Assembly (NCBI GenBank): GCA_029210965.1
Contig: JARGFZ010000005.1
Location: forward strand, 37,901 to 101,900
DNA: 64,000 bases
DNA from: a bacterium
GTDB lineage: Bacteria > BMS3Abin14
Reading direction: 5' to 3'
Shown: positions 48,364 to 58,026 of the stretch, one piece after another
Numbering within the stretch: the stretch's first letter is position 1
Layout: the number at the start of each line of letters is the position of its first letter
Notes under the pieces: generated by a model
Told to the model about the DNA's origin: nothing
Databases searched by the model: none
Seen by the model: only the letters and a program-made list of their open reading frames with translations
Program-made: the position numbers and the translations under genes

Positions 48364-48930
48364 TCATTCGAAACCAACCCATTGAACTCTCCCTTCTTTC
48401 CTCGGAGGTGTCGGCGGTTCCTTGCCCAGGTAACCGATGGGCACAAAAGCGATCAGATCCATACCCTCCACACCCAGGATTTCGTTGACCTCATCCTTGA
48501 GATGCACCGGGTTGGTCATCCAGCAGGTTCCCAGGCCTTCGTGGGTGGCTGCAAGCAGGGCGTTCTGGACCGCAGCGGACACCGACTGCGTGTCCACGAA
48601 CTGCCCCTCTTCGGTAGGGGCGGAGTAAAAAACCAGTAGTACCGGCGCCCCCCCGAGGGTTTTGAAGAAGTTCCGGGTGAAATTCACGATCTTCTCGTCG
48701 TACATTTCCTGCAGACTCTTTTCGATGAGGGGAAAGGACCTGTCTGCGATGGCAACAAGTTCCTCTTTCTTTTCTCCCGCCACAACGAAGACCCTGAAAT
48801 TCTGCCGGTTCTTCCCGGAGGGAGCCCAGGTGGCAGCCTCGGTGATGCGCTCGAGCTTATCCCGCTCCACCGGCTGATCGCTGAACACCCGGCAACTGCG
48901 GCGGGATTTTATGACATCGTAAAAGTCCAC
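48364..48930 (-). CDS. nitroreductase-family protein
   Basis: 188 aa. (M)DFYDVIKSRRSCRVFSDQPV..L..I..AA.WAPSGKN. GTG start with GGAGG RBS. Confidence 0.85.
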   Translation of the reverse strand: MDFYDVIKSRRSCRVFSDQPVERDKLERITEAATWAPSGKNRQNFRVFVVAGEKKEELVAIADRSFPLIEKSLQEMYDEKIVNFTRNFFKTLGGAPVLLVFYSAPTEEGQFVDTQSVSAAVQNALLAATHEGLGTCWMTNPVHLKDEVNEILGVEGMDLIAFVPIGYLGKEPPTPPRKEGRVQWVGFE

Positions 48931-48953
48931 GATATCCTCCTTTGATGTAATTT

Positions 48954-49128
48954 GTATCGGCGTATCGGGGAAGGGACAGTATGGGAATATGGGAGAATGG
49001 GAGTGCCGGGTGTCATGTTTGTATTACTCATTACCCATCACTCCGTTACCCATAACCTGAGCCTGAAGTCAGAGGCTATTGAACTTCTCCGTTACGCCGA
49101 CACCCCCATACCCCGTTACCCCGATACG
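48954..49128. repeat. inverted arrays (GTATCGG / GTATGGG words versus CCGTTACCC / CCGATAC words)
   Basis: GTATCGGCGTATCGGGGAAGGGACAGTATGGGAATATGGGAGAATGGGAG ... CTCATTACCCATCACTCCGTTACCCATAACC ... CTCCGTTACGCCGACACCCCCATACCCCGTTACCCCGATACG. Confidence 0.85.
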
Positions 49129-49135
49129 CTCGAAT

Positions 49136-50098
49136 TCAATCCTGGTTGAATTCGAGCTTCGCGAGCCATCGGCGAGCTACGGACATCGGGTCCTCCTCCT
49201 TCCGGCTGACTCTCTCGACGTCCATCTCGAACTTGGAACAGCTCTCGTCGAGGAGCTGGGCTAAAGACTCCTCGATACCCCCCCGGATCGCCTCGGTAAC
49301 GCTGGATTGGGCAACCGACTTTCGCCACGTTTCCAGGCCCCCTGAGGTCTCCAGATGCCTGAAGTGCCGGTCCAATTCAGCCAGGACCTCAGCCACACCT
49401 GCTCCCTCCGTTGCCACGCTTGTGAGCACCGGAGGAACCCAGGCGTTCTTAACCTCTGACATTGAGAGCATGGTCTGAAGGTCCTTGACGGTGGAATCGA
49501 CCATGGGCTGGTCCGCCTTGTTGACGAGATAAATGTGAGCGATCTCCAGGACCCCCGCTTTCATGGCCTGGATCCCGTCACCGAGACCGGGAACCGTAAC
49601 GAAAACTACTGTCTGGGCAAGGTCCTTGATCTCGACCTCCTCCTGACCGACACCTACCGTTTCCAGAATAATGAGATCAAAACCGGCCGCATCCAGAAGC
49701 CTTACGAGCTGCTGGACCGATCTGCTGAGCCCTCCCATATGGCCCCGTGTTGCGAGGCTCCGGATATACACACCGGGATCGGTGGCATGCTCCTGCATAC
49801 GCACCCGGTCACCCAGAACCGCTCCCCCTGAGTAGGGGCTTGTGGGATCGACTGCGAGGACGGCTATGGTCCGACCCCGTTTCCTGCCCTCCCGGACCAG
49901 ATTGCTGATAAAGGTGCTTTTGCCTGCGCCAGGGGGGCCGGTTATGCCCACAACCCGGGAATGTCCTCCCATGGCATGGAGCTGAGTCAGGGTTTCATTT
50001 TTCCCTGGAAGACCGTCATCGATCATGCGGGCCAGCCTTCCAAGAGACCAGGGGTCCTTCTGAAGGATGCCCCTTATAAGATCATCATGCTCTGACAC
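49136..50098 (-). CDS. meaB: methylmalonyl-CoA mutase-associated G-protein chaperone (MeaB/ArgK)
   Basis: 320 aa. P-loop GITGPPGAGKSTF, ..ETVGVGQ.., ..NKAD. GTG start with AGGAGAG RBS. Confidence 0.9.
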   Translation of the reverse strand: MSEHDDLIRGILQKDPWSLGRLARMIDDGLPGKNETLTQLHAMGGHSRVVGITGPPGAGKSTFISNLVREGRKRGRTIAVLAVDPTSPYSGGAVLGDRVRMQEHATDPGVYIRSLATRGHMGGLSRSVQQLVRLLDAAGFDLIILETVGVGQEEVEIKDLAQTVVFVTVPGLGDGIQAMKAGVLEIAHIYLVNKADQPMVDSTVKDLQTMLSMSEVKNAWVPPVLTSVATEGAGVAEVLAELDRHFRHLETSGGLETWRKSVAQSSVTEAIRGGIEESLAQLLDESCSKFEMDVERVSRKEEDPMSVARRWLAKLEFNQD

Positions 50099-50113
50099 AT
50101 ACTCTCCTAATCA

Positions 50114-50157
50114 GGGTCGCAAAAAGTCCGTTCGTGACTTTTTGCCAAATCATCACC
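50114..50157 (+). repeat. short version of the multi-hairpin element
   Basis: GGGTCGCAAAAAGTCC-GTTCGT-GACTTTTTGCCAAATCATCACC. Intercistronic, between meaB and the hydratase gene. Confidence 0.7.
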
Positions 50158-50175
50158 ACTCATCCTTTCATCGCC

Positions 50176-50832
50176 TCAGCCATCTATGAAAGATCTGAAT
50201 CCCTGCTTTATATCCCTGACCCACTCCGGTGACAAAGCGGCAAATTTACGAATCCGCTCCTTCAGGGTATCCCGAAATTCACCCTCGGAATATACCTCCT
50301 GAAGAAGGCCCGCAGCGTAGGCATCCCAGGCGCCAATCCTTTCGGAGGTGTATAAAATTTTGACTGCTCTTTTGGCGCCAATGAGCCTTGGAAGGCGTTG
50401 AGTCCCCCCAAAACCTGTGATAAGGCCCAGGTCTGCTCCCGGGTGGCCAAAAACAGACCGGGAAGTGGCAAGACGCCAGTCCGCAGCGAGAGCGAGGTCA
50501 AGGCCGCCTCCCAGGCAGAAACCGTCGATCCCCGCCACGATCATCGTATCCGCATTTTCCAGAAGTCGAAATATTGAGTTTCCAAGATCGGAGAACTTGC
50601 GGGCAGCGGCTGGAGTCAGTCCGGCGATCTCTCTCAAATCAGCTCCCACTGCAAAAGAGTCCCCAACGCCTGTGATGCCCAGGCACCGGCACCCGTTGGA
50701 CAGATTTGTCCTGATCTCAGCCAGGAGTGGGACGAGGGTGTCTGTTCCGAGTTTGTTAAGACCCGCAGAAGAGGACAATTCGATGAGTGCCCAACCGTCT
50801 CCTTTTTGAGCCGTCACGCTGGTCAAGGGCAA
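50176..50832 (-). CDS. enoyl-CoA hydratase/isomerase (crotonase) family protein, short form
   Basis: 218 aa. Crotonase core FAVGADL..AGIDGFCLGGGLDLALAAD..G.PGADLGLITGFGGTQRLPRLIG. Non-ATG start (TTG 50832 or GTG 50817). Confidence 0.8.
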   Translation of the reverse strand: MPLTSVTAQKGDGWALIELSSSAGLNKLGTDTLVPLLAEIRTNLSNGCRCLGITGVGDSFAVGADLREIAGLTPAAARKFSDLGNSIFRLLENADTMIVAGIDGFCLGGGLDLALAADWRLATSRSVFGHPGADLGLITGFGGTQRLPRLIGAKRAVKILYTSERIGAWDAYAAGLLQEVYSEGEFRDTLKERIRKFAALSPEWVRDIKQGFRSFIDG

Positions 50833-50835
50833 GCT

Positions 50836-51231
50836 CTATACCTTTTCCACCGCCTGAATGAGGGCATCGGCGATCTGGGATGTGGAAGAACCCGGTGTAA
50901 AGACCTCCATGACGCCGGCATCCTTAAGGGGCTTAATGTCCTCGGCAGGGATGATCCCGCCCACGAAAACCAGGATCCGGTCACCCCCTGCCTTCCTGAG
51001 CTGTTCAACGACCCTCGGTACCAGAGTACCGTGGGATCCGGAGAGGATGGACAAGCCTACCGCATCCACCCCCTCCTGGACGGCGGCTATGGCGATCTGT
51101 TCCGGGGTCTGGTGAAGCCCGGTGTAAATAACCTCGAAACCACGGTCCCTGAGAGCGCGGGCCACAACTTTGGCCCCACGATCGTGACCGTCCAATCCTG
51201 GCTTCGCAATTAAAACTCGGATCTTTTTCAT
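50836..51231 (-). CDS. methylmalonyl-CoA mutase small subunit (cobalamin-binding domain)
   Basis: 131 aa. [24 protein letters not shown] (DxHxxG B12 motif), ..GLSILSG... Stop is TAG. Confidence 0.92.
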   Translation of the reverse strand: MKKIRVLIAKPGLDGHDRGAKVVARALRDRGFEVIYTGLHQTPEQIAIAAVQEGVDAVGLSILSGSHGTLVPRVVEQLRKAGGDRILVFVGGIIPAEDIKPLKDAGVMEVFTPGSSTSQIADALIQAVEKV

Positions 51232-51346
51232 TGATTACTCCTCGTCCCGCTCAGCCAAACTGGAAAAGGGGAAAAGGAGAAGAGGAGCATTGCATAAAGT
51301 TCGGTTTCGACCCCTCTTCCCCTTTTTCCCTCTTCTCCTCTTCCAT

Positions 51347-51880
51347 TCATTTTTCTATACCTTCCCTCGCTGGCACTCCCTGTTTGAAGTAGTGCTTGAT
51401 CTCTCTCATTTCGGTTACAAGGTCAGCCTTTTCGATCACTTTTTCCGGCGCTCCCCGACCCGTAAGGACAAGTTCCATACCATCGGGCTTTTGATCCATC
51501 AATTGGAGCACACGCTCCTCCGGCACAACTCCGAGGGAACAGGCCGTGTTTAACTCATCCAGGATCAGCACGTTCCATCGGCCGCTTGTCATTTCGCCGA
51601 TAGCCTCATCAAGGGCCGCTTCAGCCTGAACACGATCCCTTTCCATAATTAACCCAGGATGCAGCAGCCCATTTCTACCCAGGGGCCTTATTTCCAAACC
51701 TGGTGAAAGGTTCAGGGCAGCCTGGCGTTCACCGGTCATCTCAGACCCCTTCAGGAACTGAATGACCAGCACCTTCAGACCATTGCCCACAGCTCTCAGG
51801 GCCAGCCCCAGGGAGGCTGTGGTCTTACCCTTGCCGTCTCCGGTATAGACATGGATGTAGCCGAGTCCGATGCTGCTCAC
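51347..51880 (-). CDS. cobO: cob(I)yrinic acid a,c-diamide / cob(I)alamin adenosyltransferase (CobO/BtuR type)
   Basis: 177 aa from GTG 51880, with GGGAGG 8 nt upstream. GYIHVYTGDGKGKTTASLGLALRA.G.G..V..IQFLKG. The listed 271-aa ORF extends upstream into the neighbouring gene and repeat DNA. Confidence 0.8.
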   Translation of the reverse strand: MSSIGLGYIHVYTGDGKGKTTASLGLALRAVGNGLKVLVIQFLKGSEMTGERQAALNLSPGLEIRPLGRNGLLHPGLIMERDRVQAEAALDEAIGEMTSGRWNVLILDELNTACSLGVVPEERVLQLMDQKPDGMELVLTGRGAPEKVIEKADLVTEMREIKHYFKQGVPAREGIEK

Positions 51881-51894
51881 TTCGTTCGCCTCCC

Positions 51895-51958
51895 GAGACA
51901 CGGAGATGGGGAGACTCGGGGACACGGGGAAAATGCTTTCTCGCCGCGTCGCCGCGTC
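51895..51958. repeat. heptamer arrays (GAGACAC/GGGGACA words; CGCCGCGT x2)
   Basis: GAGACACGGAGATGGGGAGACTCGGGGACACGGGG ... CTCGCCGCGTCGCCGCGTC. Confidence 0.8.
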
Positions 51959-51968
51959 ATATTTGTTT

Positions 51969-52751
51969 TCATTCGAAAACAGGTTTCCGTTTTTCGAGAA
52001 ATGCGTTAATCCCTTCTTTCGCATCCGGAAGGGCGAAACAGTAGGCGAAGGATTCCCTTTCCAGGGCCAGGCCTGATTCCAGACTGGCATCCATACCCCT
52101 GTTGATGGTGGATTTGGCAAGGGCGAGGGCCGTGGGGGACTTCGAAGCCAGGAACCGCGCAAACTCCATAACCTTTATTTCGAACTCCTGGGTCGCATAA
52201 ACGGCTTCAACAAGTCCTATATTTTTAGCTTCATCGGCTTTAACCATCCTGCCCGAATAGACCATCTCTTTTGCCCGGCCAAACCCTACCCTTCGGGGCA
52301 GCCGGATGGTTCCCCCCAGCCCCGGGATCACTCCCAGGTTGGTCTCCGGCAGTCCCAGTACAGCGTCAGATGACGCCAGGATCAGATCACAAGCAAGCGC
52401 CAGTTCAAGACCGCCTCCAAGGGCATGGCCCTCGACAGCGGCTACAACCGGAATGGGCAGGGCCTCAAGGCGGGTAAAGGTGCTCTGGGCCCTGATAAGG
52501 AAATCTCTCACCTGGACCACGTCCATTGCTACGAGTTCAGCAAGATCGTCCCCGGCGCAAAAGGTATTCCCTTCGCCTTTGATAACAAGGACCCGCAGAC
52601 CCTCTTCCTCGGCAGCTTTATCCACCGCTGAACTGAGATCGTCGAACATCTTCTGGGTCAGGGAGTTGCGCTTCCCCGGCCTGGCGAGGGTAATGGTAGC
52701 GATCTGGCCACTTACCTCATATCTGACTTCGCCCATATTCGGTTTACTCAT
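51969..52751 (-). CDS. enoyl-CoA hydratase (crotonase family)
   Basis: 260 aa. ITLARPGKRNSL.., FCAGDDL, AAVEGHALGGGLELALACD. Confidence 0.88.
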   Translation of the reverse strand: MSKPNMGEVRYEVSGQIATITLARPGKRNSLTQKMFDDLSSAVDKAAEEEGLRVLVIKGEGNTFCAGDDLAELVAMDVVQVRDFLIRAQSTFTRLEALPIPVVAAVEGHALGGGLELALACDLILASSDAVLGLPETNLGVIPGLGGTIRLPRRVGFGRAKEMVYSGRMVKADEAKNIGLVEAVYATQEFEIKVMEFARFLASKSPTALALAKSTINRGMDASLESGLALERESFAYCFALPDAKEGINAFLEKRKPVFE

Positions 52752-52874
52752 ATGTTCGCTTCCTCATAATATGCGACGGGGTATCGAAGTAATGGTGTAT
52801 CGGGGTGAAATCTTGAACATCGACATTTAAGCGCAGAACCAAGTCGTCTAAAATTGGCGGCATCCGGCTGGTTA

Positions 52875-52906
52875 TTCTGCGTTCTGCATTCTGCATTCTG
52901 CATTTC
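52875..52906. repeat. heptamer array CTGCATT x4
   Basis: TTCTGCGTTCTGCATTCTGCATTCTGCATTTC. Confidence 0.9.
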
Positions 52907-53112
52907 GATTATTACCAACTCACCATCAGCCGTGTCAACGTATCGACCACGATGGAGTTACGAACAGATAGCGGATACGGGAAAACTTGATTTATTTTTA
53001 CGGCTTATTTCTTGACAGAAAACCGACAAATAGAGTAACTGTATAGGTCTTTTTTGTCCAATAAAATCAAACGACGTTTTAACTCTTCCCGGATACAAGG
53101 GAGACCACACTT

Positions 53113-53883
53113 TTGACCATTCTGGAACTCAAGGACATTTACCTTCACTTCGGTGGGATCATGGCCCTGAACGGCGTCAGCCTGGATGTCCGGGAAGGTG
53201 AGATCTTCGCCATTATCGGGCCTAACGGCGCCGGTAAAACAAGTATATTCAACTGCATCTCCGGCCTCTACTCACCAGACAAAGGTGAGATCCTGTTCAA
53301 AGGGAAGGAGATCAGCAGGCTTTCTCCCTCCAAACGGGCACAGTTAGGACTCGCAAGAAGTTTCCAGAACATTGAGCTTTTCCGGGGAATGACTGTCATC
53401 GATAACCTCATGCTTGGTCGTCATCTACATATGAGGACCAACCTCTTCACGGGCGGCTTCTGGCTCGGTAAGGCCAGGGGCGAGGAGATCAAGCACCGGG
53501 AGGTTGTAGAGGAGATCATCGATTTTCTTGAGATCCAGGAAATCAGAAAAAAACCGGTTGGCACCCTGTCCTACGGCTTTCAGAAACGGGTAGAGCTCGG
53601 ACGCGCCCTGGCACTGGATCCGAAGGTCCTGCTCCTGGACGAACCCATGGCCGGGATGAACGCCGAGGAAAAAGAGGACATGGCCCGTTTCATCCTGGAT
53701 ATCAACGAGGAGAGAGATATCACCGTCATCCTCATCGAGCACGACATGGGTGTTGTCATGGACATATCCGACCGTATCTGCACACTGGATTTCGGCGAAC
53801 GTATCTCCATGGGCAAACCTGAGGAGATCCAGGCCGACCCGAAAGTTATTGCCGCCTATCTTGGAGAGGATGAGGAGATCTGA
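53113..53883 (+). CDS. livG: ABC transporter ATP-binding protein (LivG-like)
   Basis: 256 aa. Walker A GPNGAGKTS, signature LSYGFQKRVELG, Walker B LLLDEP. TTG start. Confidence 0.88.
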   Translation: MTILELKDIYLHFGGIMALNGVSLDVREGEIFAIIGPNGAGKTSIFNCISGLYSPDKGEILFKGKEISRLSPSKRAQLGLARSFQNIELFRGMTVIDNLMLGRHLHMRTNLFTGGFWLGKARGEEIKHREVVEEIIDFLEIQEIRKKPVGTLSYGFQKRVELGRALALDPKVLLLDEPMAGMNAEEKEDMARFILDINEERDITVILIEHDMGVVMDISDRICTLDFGERISMGKPEEIQADPKVIAAYLGEDEEI

Positions 53884-53887
53884 ATTC

Positions 53888-53921
53888 GGAAGGATGAATG
53901 AAGAAGGATGAAGGATGAATT
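53888..53921. repeat. heptamer array GATGAAN
   Basis: GGAAGGATGAATGAAGAAGGATGAAGGATGAATT, directly after the livG stop. Confidence 0.88.
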
Positions 53922-53986
53922 AGGCACCAGACTTTTTTATTCCTCCTCCCTCCTTCCCCCTTCACTATTCCCGGAAATCAACAGTT

Positions 53987-55954
53987 ATGCTTTCTAAAAA
54001 GGATAAAAACATAGAAATTCCCCTCCCCGCGATAGTGGATTCCGACACTCTCCCCAAGCTGCTCGTGCGTAACGCTCAAAGGTTCACCCACAACAAAGTA
54101 GCCCTGCGGGAAAAAGAGTTCGGACTCTGGCAATCGTTTTCCTGGCAGGACTATATCGACCACGTTCGCTATTTCTGCCTTGGCCTCGTCAGCCTGGGAC
54201 TTGAAAAGGGCGACAAGGTCGCCATCGTGGGAGATAACCGGCCGGAATGGGTCTTCGCGGAGCTGGCGGCCCAGAGCTGCGGGGCAGTCCCCCTGGGGAT
54301 CTACCAGGACTCCACCTCCAAAGAGGTGGGTTTCATCATTGACCACTCCGATGCGAAGTTTGTAGTGGCGGAAGACCAGGAGCAGGTAGACAAGGTCCTG
54401 GAGCTCAAGGAGAGCATCCCCAAGGTCTTGAAAATCATCTATACAGACCCGAAAGGGATGAGAAACTACGACGATGAGATGCTCCTCGAATTTACGGATG
54501 TCGAAGCCATGGGCAGAGACCTGGACAGCCGGCAGCCAGAGCTTTTCAAGGAGATGGTGGAACGGACTACCGGAGCGGACCTTGCCCTCATCGCCTACAC
54601 CTCAGGGACAACCGGTTTCCCCAAGGGTTCCATGCTCTCACATAACAACATGCTCCGGATGGCCCACAACCTGATCCAGGTGGACCCGAAATTCGAGGAC
54701 GACGAGTTCGTTTCCTTCCTTCCCTTGCCCTGGATCGGTGAACAAATGATGGGTGTGGCTTCTGCCCTCCTCGTTGGCTTCACGGTCAACTTTCCCGAGG
54801 AACCGGAAACCGTAACGGAAAACCGGAGAGAGATCGCACCCAACGTCATGTTCTCCCCGCCCATGATATGGGAAAACATGGCAGCCTCTATTCAGGTAAG
54901 GGTAATGGACGCCTCCTGGCTCAAGCGCAAGGCCTTCGACACGGCGCTGCCCATCGGCTACCTCATGGCAGACTGCAAATTCGAGAAGCGGACTCCCTCA
55001 TTCTGGCTCAAGCTGCAGTACCTGTGGGCCTACATCTTTGTATTCCGTGCTCTGAAGGACCGGCTGGGCTTTACCAACCTGCGGTCTGCCTCCACCGGAG
55101 GCGCGGCTTTGGGTCCAGATACCTTCAGGTTTTTCCATGGGTTGGGTGTCAACCTCAAGCAGATCTACGGCCAGACGGAGATTTCCGGGATATCCTGTAT
55201 CCACTACGACGGGGACATCAATTTCGACTCGGTAGGTAAACCGATCCCGGAAACTCAGATCATCATCTCCGATGAAGGGGAGATCCTCTCCAAGAGCCCC
55301 TGCGTCTTTCTCGGATACTACAAGAACCAGGAGGCCACCACACAGACCCTTAAGGACGGATGGCTCTACTCCGGGGATGCCGGTCACTTTACCGACGACG
55401 GTCACCTGGTAGTCATCGACAGGGTAAAGGACGTCATGAAAATGGCCGATGGCACCATGTTCTCCCCTCAGTTCATCGAGAACAAACTGAAATTTTCCCC
55501 TTACATCAAGGAAGCGGTCTGCCTCGGGAACAACCTCCCCTACATTACCGCCATCATTAACATCGACATGGCCATCGTTGGTAAATGGGCCGAAAAGAAC
55601 CGTATCAACTACACGACCTACACCGATATCTCCGCCAAACCGGAGGTTTACGATTTCATTGAGGCCGAGGTGCTGAAGGTCAATAAGGACCTGATGCGCA
55701 TTAACGAAGCGTCTATCATCAGGAAGTTTGTTCTCCTGTACAAGGAACTGGATGCGGACGACGACGAGTTGACGCGGACCAAGAAGGTCCGGCGGGGTTT
55801 CATCAGCGAGAGGTACAAAGAGGTTATCGACGCCATGTACACCGATGCCGGTGATATCCCCATCGACACAACCATCAAATACCAGGACGGGCGCACAGCC
55901 TGCATCAAGACAACAGTGATCATTCGTCAACTGGACAACGGGAAAGGCGACTAA
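53987..55954 (+). CDS. long-chain acyl-CoA ligase (AMP-forming) embedded in the ABC transporter operon
   Basis: 655 aa. AMP-binding motif IAYTSGTTGFPKGSMLSHNN, ..YGQTE.., ..GD.G..D.DG.L...DR.KD. Confidence 0.88.
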   Translation: MLSKKDKNIEIPLPAIVDSDTLPKLLVRNAQRFTHNKVALREKEFGLWQSFSWQDYIDHVRYFCLGLVSLGLEKGDKVAIVGDNRPEWVFAELAAQSCGAVPLGIYQDSTSKEVGFIIDHSDAKFVVAEDQEQVDKVLELKESIPKVLKIIYTDPKGMRNYDDEMLLEFTDVEAMGRDLDSRQPELFKEMVERTTGADLALIAYTSGTTGFPKGSMLSHNNMLRMAHNLIQVDPKFEDDEFVSFLPLPWIGEQMMGVASALLVGFTVNFPEEPETVTENRREIAPNVMFSPPMIWENMAASIQVRVMDASWLKRKAFDTALPIGYLMADCKFEKRTPSFWLKLQYLWAYIFVFRALKDRLGFTNLRSASTGGAALGPDTFRFFHGLGVNLKQIYGQTEISGISCIHYDGDINFDSVGKPIPETQIIISDEGEILSKSPCVFLGYYKNQEATTQTLKDGWLYSGDAGHFTDDGHLVVIDRVKDVMKMADGTMFSPQFIENKLKFSPYIKEAVCLGNNLPYITAIINIDMAIVGKWAEKNRINYTTYTDISAKPEVYDFIEAEVLKVNKDLMRINEASIIRKFVLLYKELDADDDELTRTKKVRRGFISERYKEVIDAMYTDAGDIPIDTTIKYQDGRTACIKTTVIIRQLDNGKGD

Positions 55955-56848
55955 ATGCAGGAGATATGGTTCTTTCTACAGCTGGTTATTCAGGGGCTCG
56001 CCGTCGGCAGCGTTTACGCCCTGGTGGCCCTCGGTTTCGTTCTCATCTACAAGGCCTCCTCCGTCATCAACTTCGCCCAGGGTGAGCTGCTCATGGTGGG
56101 CGCCTACATCTGTCTGGTGCTTCTGACCACCTTCCAGGTGCCGTTCTGGGCCGCCTTCTTCCTGACCATGGCCTTCTCAGTGATTTTAGCCCTGGTCATT
56201 GAACGCCTGGTGCTTCGGCCCATGATCGGAGAACCGGCTATCTCCATCATCATGATCACCATCGGCCTTTCCCTGGTACTCAAGTCCAGCATCGCGGCTA
56301 TCTGGGGTACTCAGATCAAGGTGTTTCCTCCTATCTTCCCTCAGACACCTATTAAGTTGGGCGAGATCATGGTCTCACAGGTGTATATCTACACCTTTCT
56401 GGCATCCATGGTCTTTCTCCTCCTCTTTGCCCTTTTCTTCAAGTACTCCCGCATGGGTATCGCCATGCGGGCCACGGCCAACAGCAACCAGGTGGCTTTG
56501 TCCATGGGAATAAGCGTCAAAAAGGTCTTCGCCATCTCCTGGTGCGTGGCCGCAGTGGTCTCGGCGGTGGGGGGCATCCTCATCGGTAACATAAACGGTG
56601 TGAACAGCACTCTGGGCAGTGTCGGCCTGAAGGTGTTCCCCGCCGTGATCCTGGGGGGACTGGATTCCATCCCGGGCGCGGTGATCGGAGGACTCATCAT
56701 CGGCATCCTGGAGAACCTGTCGGGTGGTTACCTGGACCATTTCTTCGGTGGGGGCGTCAAGGAAGTTGCCCCCTTCGTGATCCTGGTGGTCATCCTCATG
56801 ATCAAGCCTTACGGCCTTTTTGGAACTGAAGAAATCGAGAGGGTCTAG
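55955..56848 (+). CDS. livH: branched-chain amino acid-type ABC permease (LivH-like)
   Basis: 297 aa polytopic protein. ATG directly follows the ligase stop. Stop is TAG. Confidence 0.88.
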   Translation: MQEIWFFLQLVIQGLAVGSVYALVALGFVLIYKASSVINFAQGELLMVGAYICLVLLTTFQVPFWAAFFLTMAFSVILALVIERLVLRPMIGEPAISIIMITIGLSLVLKSSIAAIWGTQIKVFPPIFPQTPIKLGEIMVSQVYIYTFLASMVFLLLFALFFKYSRMGIAMRATANSNQVALSMGISVKKVFAISWCVAAVVSAVGGILIGNINGVNSTLGSVGLKVFPAVILGGLDSIPGAVIGGLIIGILENLSGGYLDHFFGGGVKEVAPFVILVVILMIKPYGLFGTEEIERV

Positions 56849-56851
56849 GGC

Positions 56852-57919
56852 ATGCAGCCAAGCGGAATATTCCACGAGACATACAAGGAAGACATGGCCA
56901 TCTTCCAGACTCCCTTCCTCAAGTTCTGGATGGTAGCGTTCTTTATCTTCCTGGCTGTGTTCCCGTGGATCAACAAACCCTTCAACATCATACTCAACAC
57001 CAACACCCTCTACCTGATGAACCTCATCGGGATCTACATTATCGGGGCCCACGGGCTCAACATCCTCACCGGGTTCACCGGGCAGATATCCCTGGGGCAC
57101 GGCGCTTTCATGGGGGTGGGGGCCTACGCATCAGCAATACTGACCATTAAGGCCGGCATCCCCTTCTGGATCGCCCTGCCCCTGGCCGGTCTGATAACGG
57201 CCTTGGTGGGCATGGTGTTCGGCATCCCCTCCCTGAGGCTCAAAGGGCTGTATCTGGCCATCGCCACACTGGCGGCACAATTCATTATCGGCTATGCCAT
57301 GAGAAACTGGAGCGCCCTGACGGGTGGGAGCACCGGCCTCGTGGTAAGTTCGCCGAATTTTTTCGGTATCGAACTGGACACTGACCGCTCCTACTACTAT
57401 CTCGTCTACACCCTTGTCATCGCCACAACCCTGTACACCAAGAACTTGACCCGCACTCGTCCGGGACGCGCTTTCGTGGCCATCCGGGACAGGTATCTCG
57501 CCGCCGAGGTCATCGGCGTCAACGTCTGGTTGTACCGGATCCTCTCCTTCGGTATATCCTCATTCCTGGTGGGCATCGCGGGAAGCCTCTGGGCACACTA
57601 CGTTCTGGTGGTCAACGATGAGGCATTCGGCATCTGGCTTTCGGTCCAGTACCTGGCCATGATCATCATCGGGGGGATGGGCTCCGTATTAGGGGCCATT
57701 TACGGTGCCATTTTCATGACCATGCTGCCGATCCTTCTCCGCATCCCGGAACACGCCCTGACCCAGATATACCCGAGCGTTTTCACCATCTTCCAAAGCC
57801 TGACGGAGGGGGTTTTCGGCCTGATCATCATCCTGTTCCTCATCTTCGAACCTGACGGGCTGGCGGCTCGCTGGCACACGATCAAAAACTACTGGAAGCT
57901 TTGGCCCTTCTCGTATTAA
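56852..57919 (+). CDS. livM: branched-chain amino acid-type ABC permease (LivM-like)
   Basis: 355 aa polytopic protein. GQISLGHGAFMGVGAY motif. Confidence 0.88.
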   Translation: MQPSGIFHETYKEDMAIFQTPFLKFWMVAFFIFLAVFPWINKPFNIILNTNTLYLMNLIGIYIIGAHGLNILTGFTGQISLGHGAFMGVGAYASAILTIKAGIPFWIALPLAGLITALVGMVFGIPSLRLKGLYLAIATLAAQFIIGYAMRNWSALTGGSTGLVVSSPNFFGIELDTDRSYYYLVYTLVIATTLYTKNLTRTRPGRAFVAIRDRYLAAEVIGVNVWLYRILSFGISSFLVGIAGSLWAHYVLVVNDEAFGIWLSVQYLAMIIIGGMGSVLGAIYGAIFMTMLPILLRIPEHALTQIYPSVFTIFQSLTEGVFGLIIILFLIFEPDGLAARWHTIKNYWKLWPFSY

Positions 57920-58026
57920 GATTAGGGTTCACTCTCGGCACCCTCACCTGGCGGGTGGAAACGGGATGGAAACAACAAATAACAAAAACCAGGGGGGAAC
58001 GTGAAAGTTCGCTTAAGGAGGAAAAA

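Noticed and set aside
51881-52162. N-terminal extension of the adenosyltransferase ORF (listed as 51347-52162, 271 aa)
   Set aside because: The extension overlaps the 3' end of the crotonase gene and a heptamer array. A GTG at 51880 with GGGAGG 8 nt upstream gives a protein of the normal CobO length.
52752-53112. Replication origin or a strong sigma-70 promoter at the strand-switch spacer
   Set aside because: A TTGACA hexamer exists near 53011, but no convincing -10 element lies at 16-18 nt spacing. No DnaA-box cluster or dnaA/dnaN is nearby.
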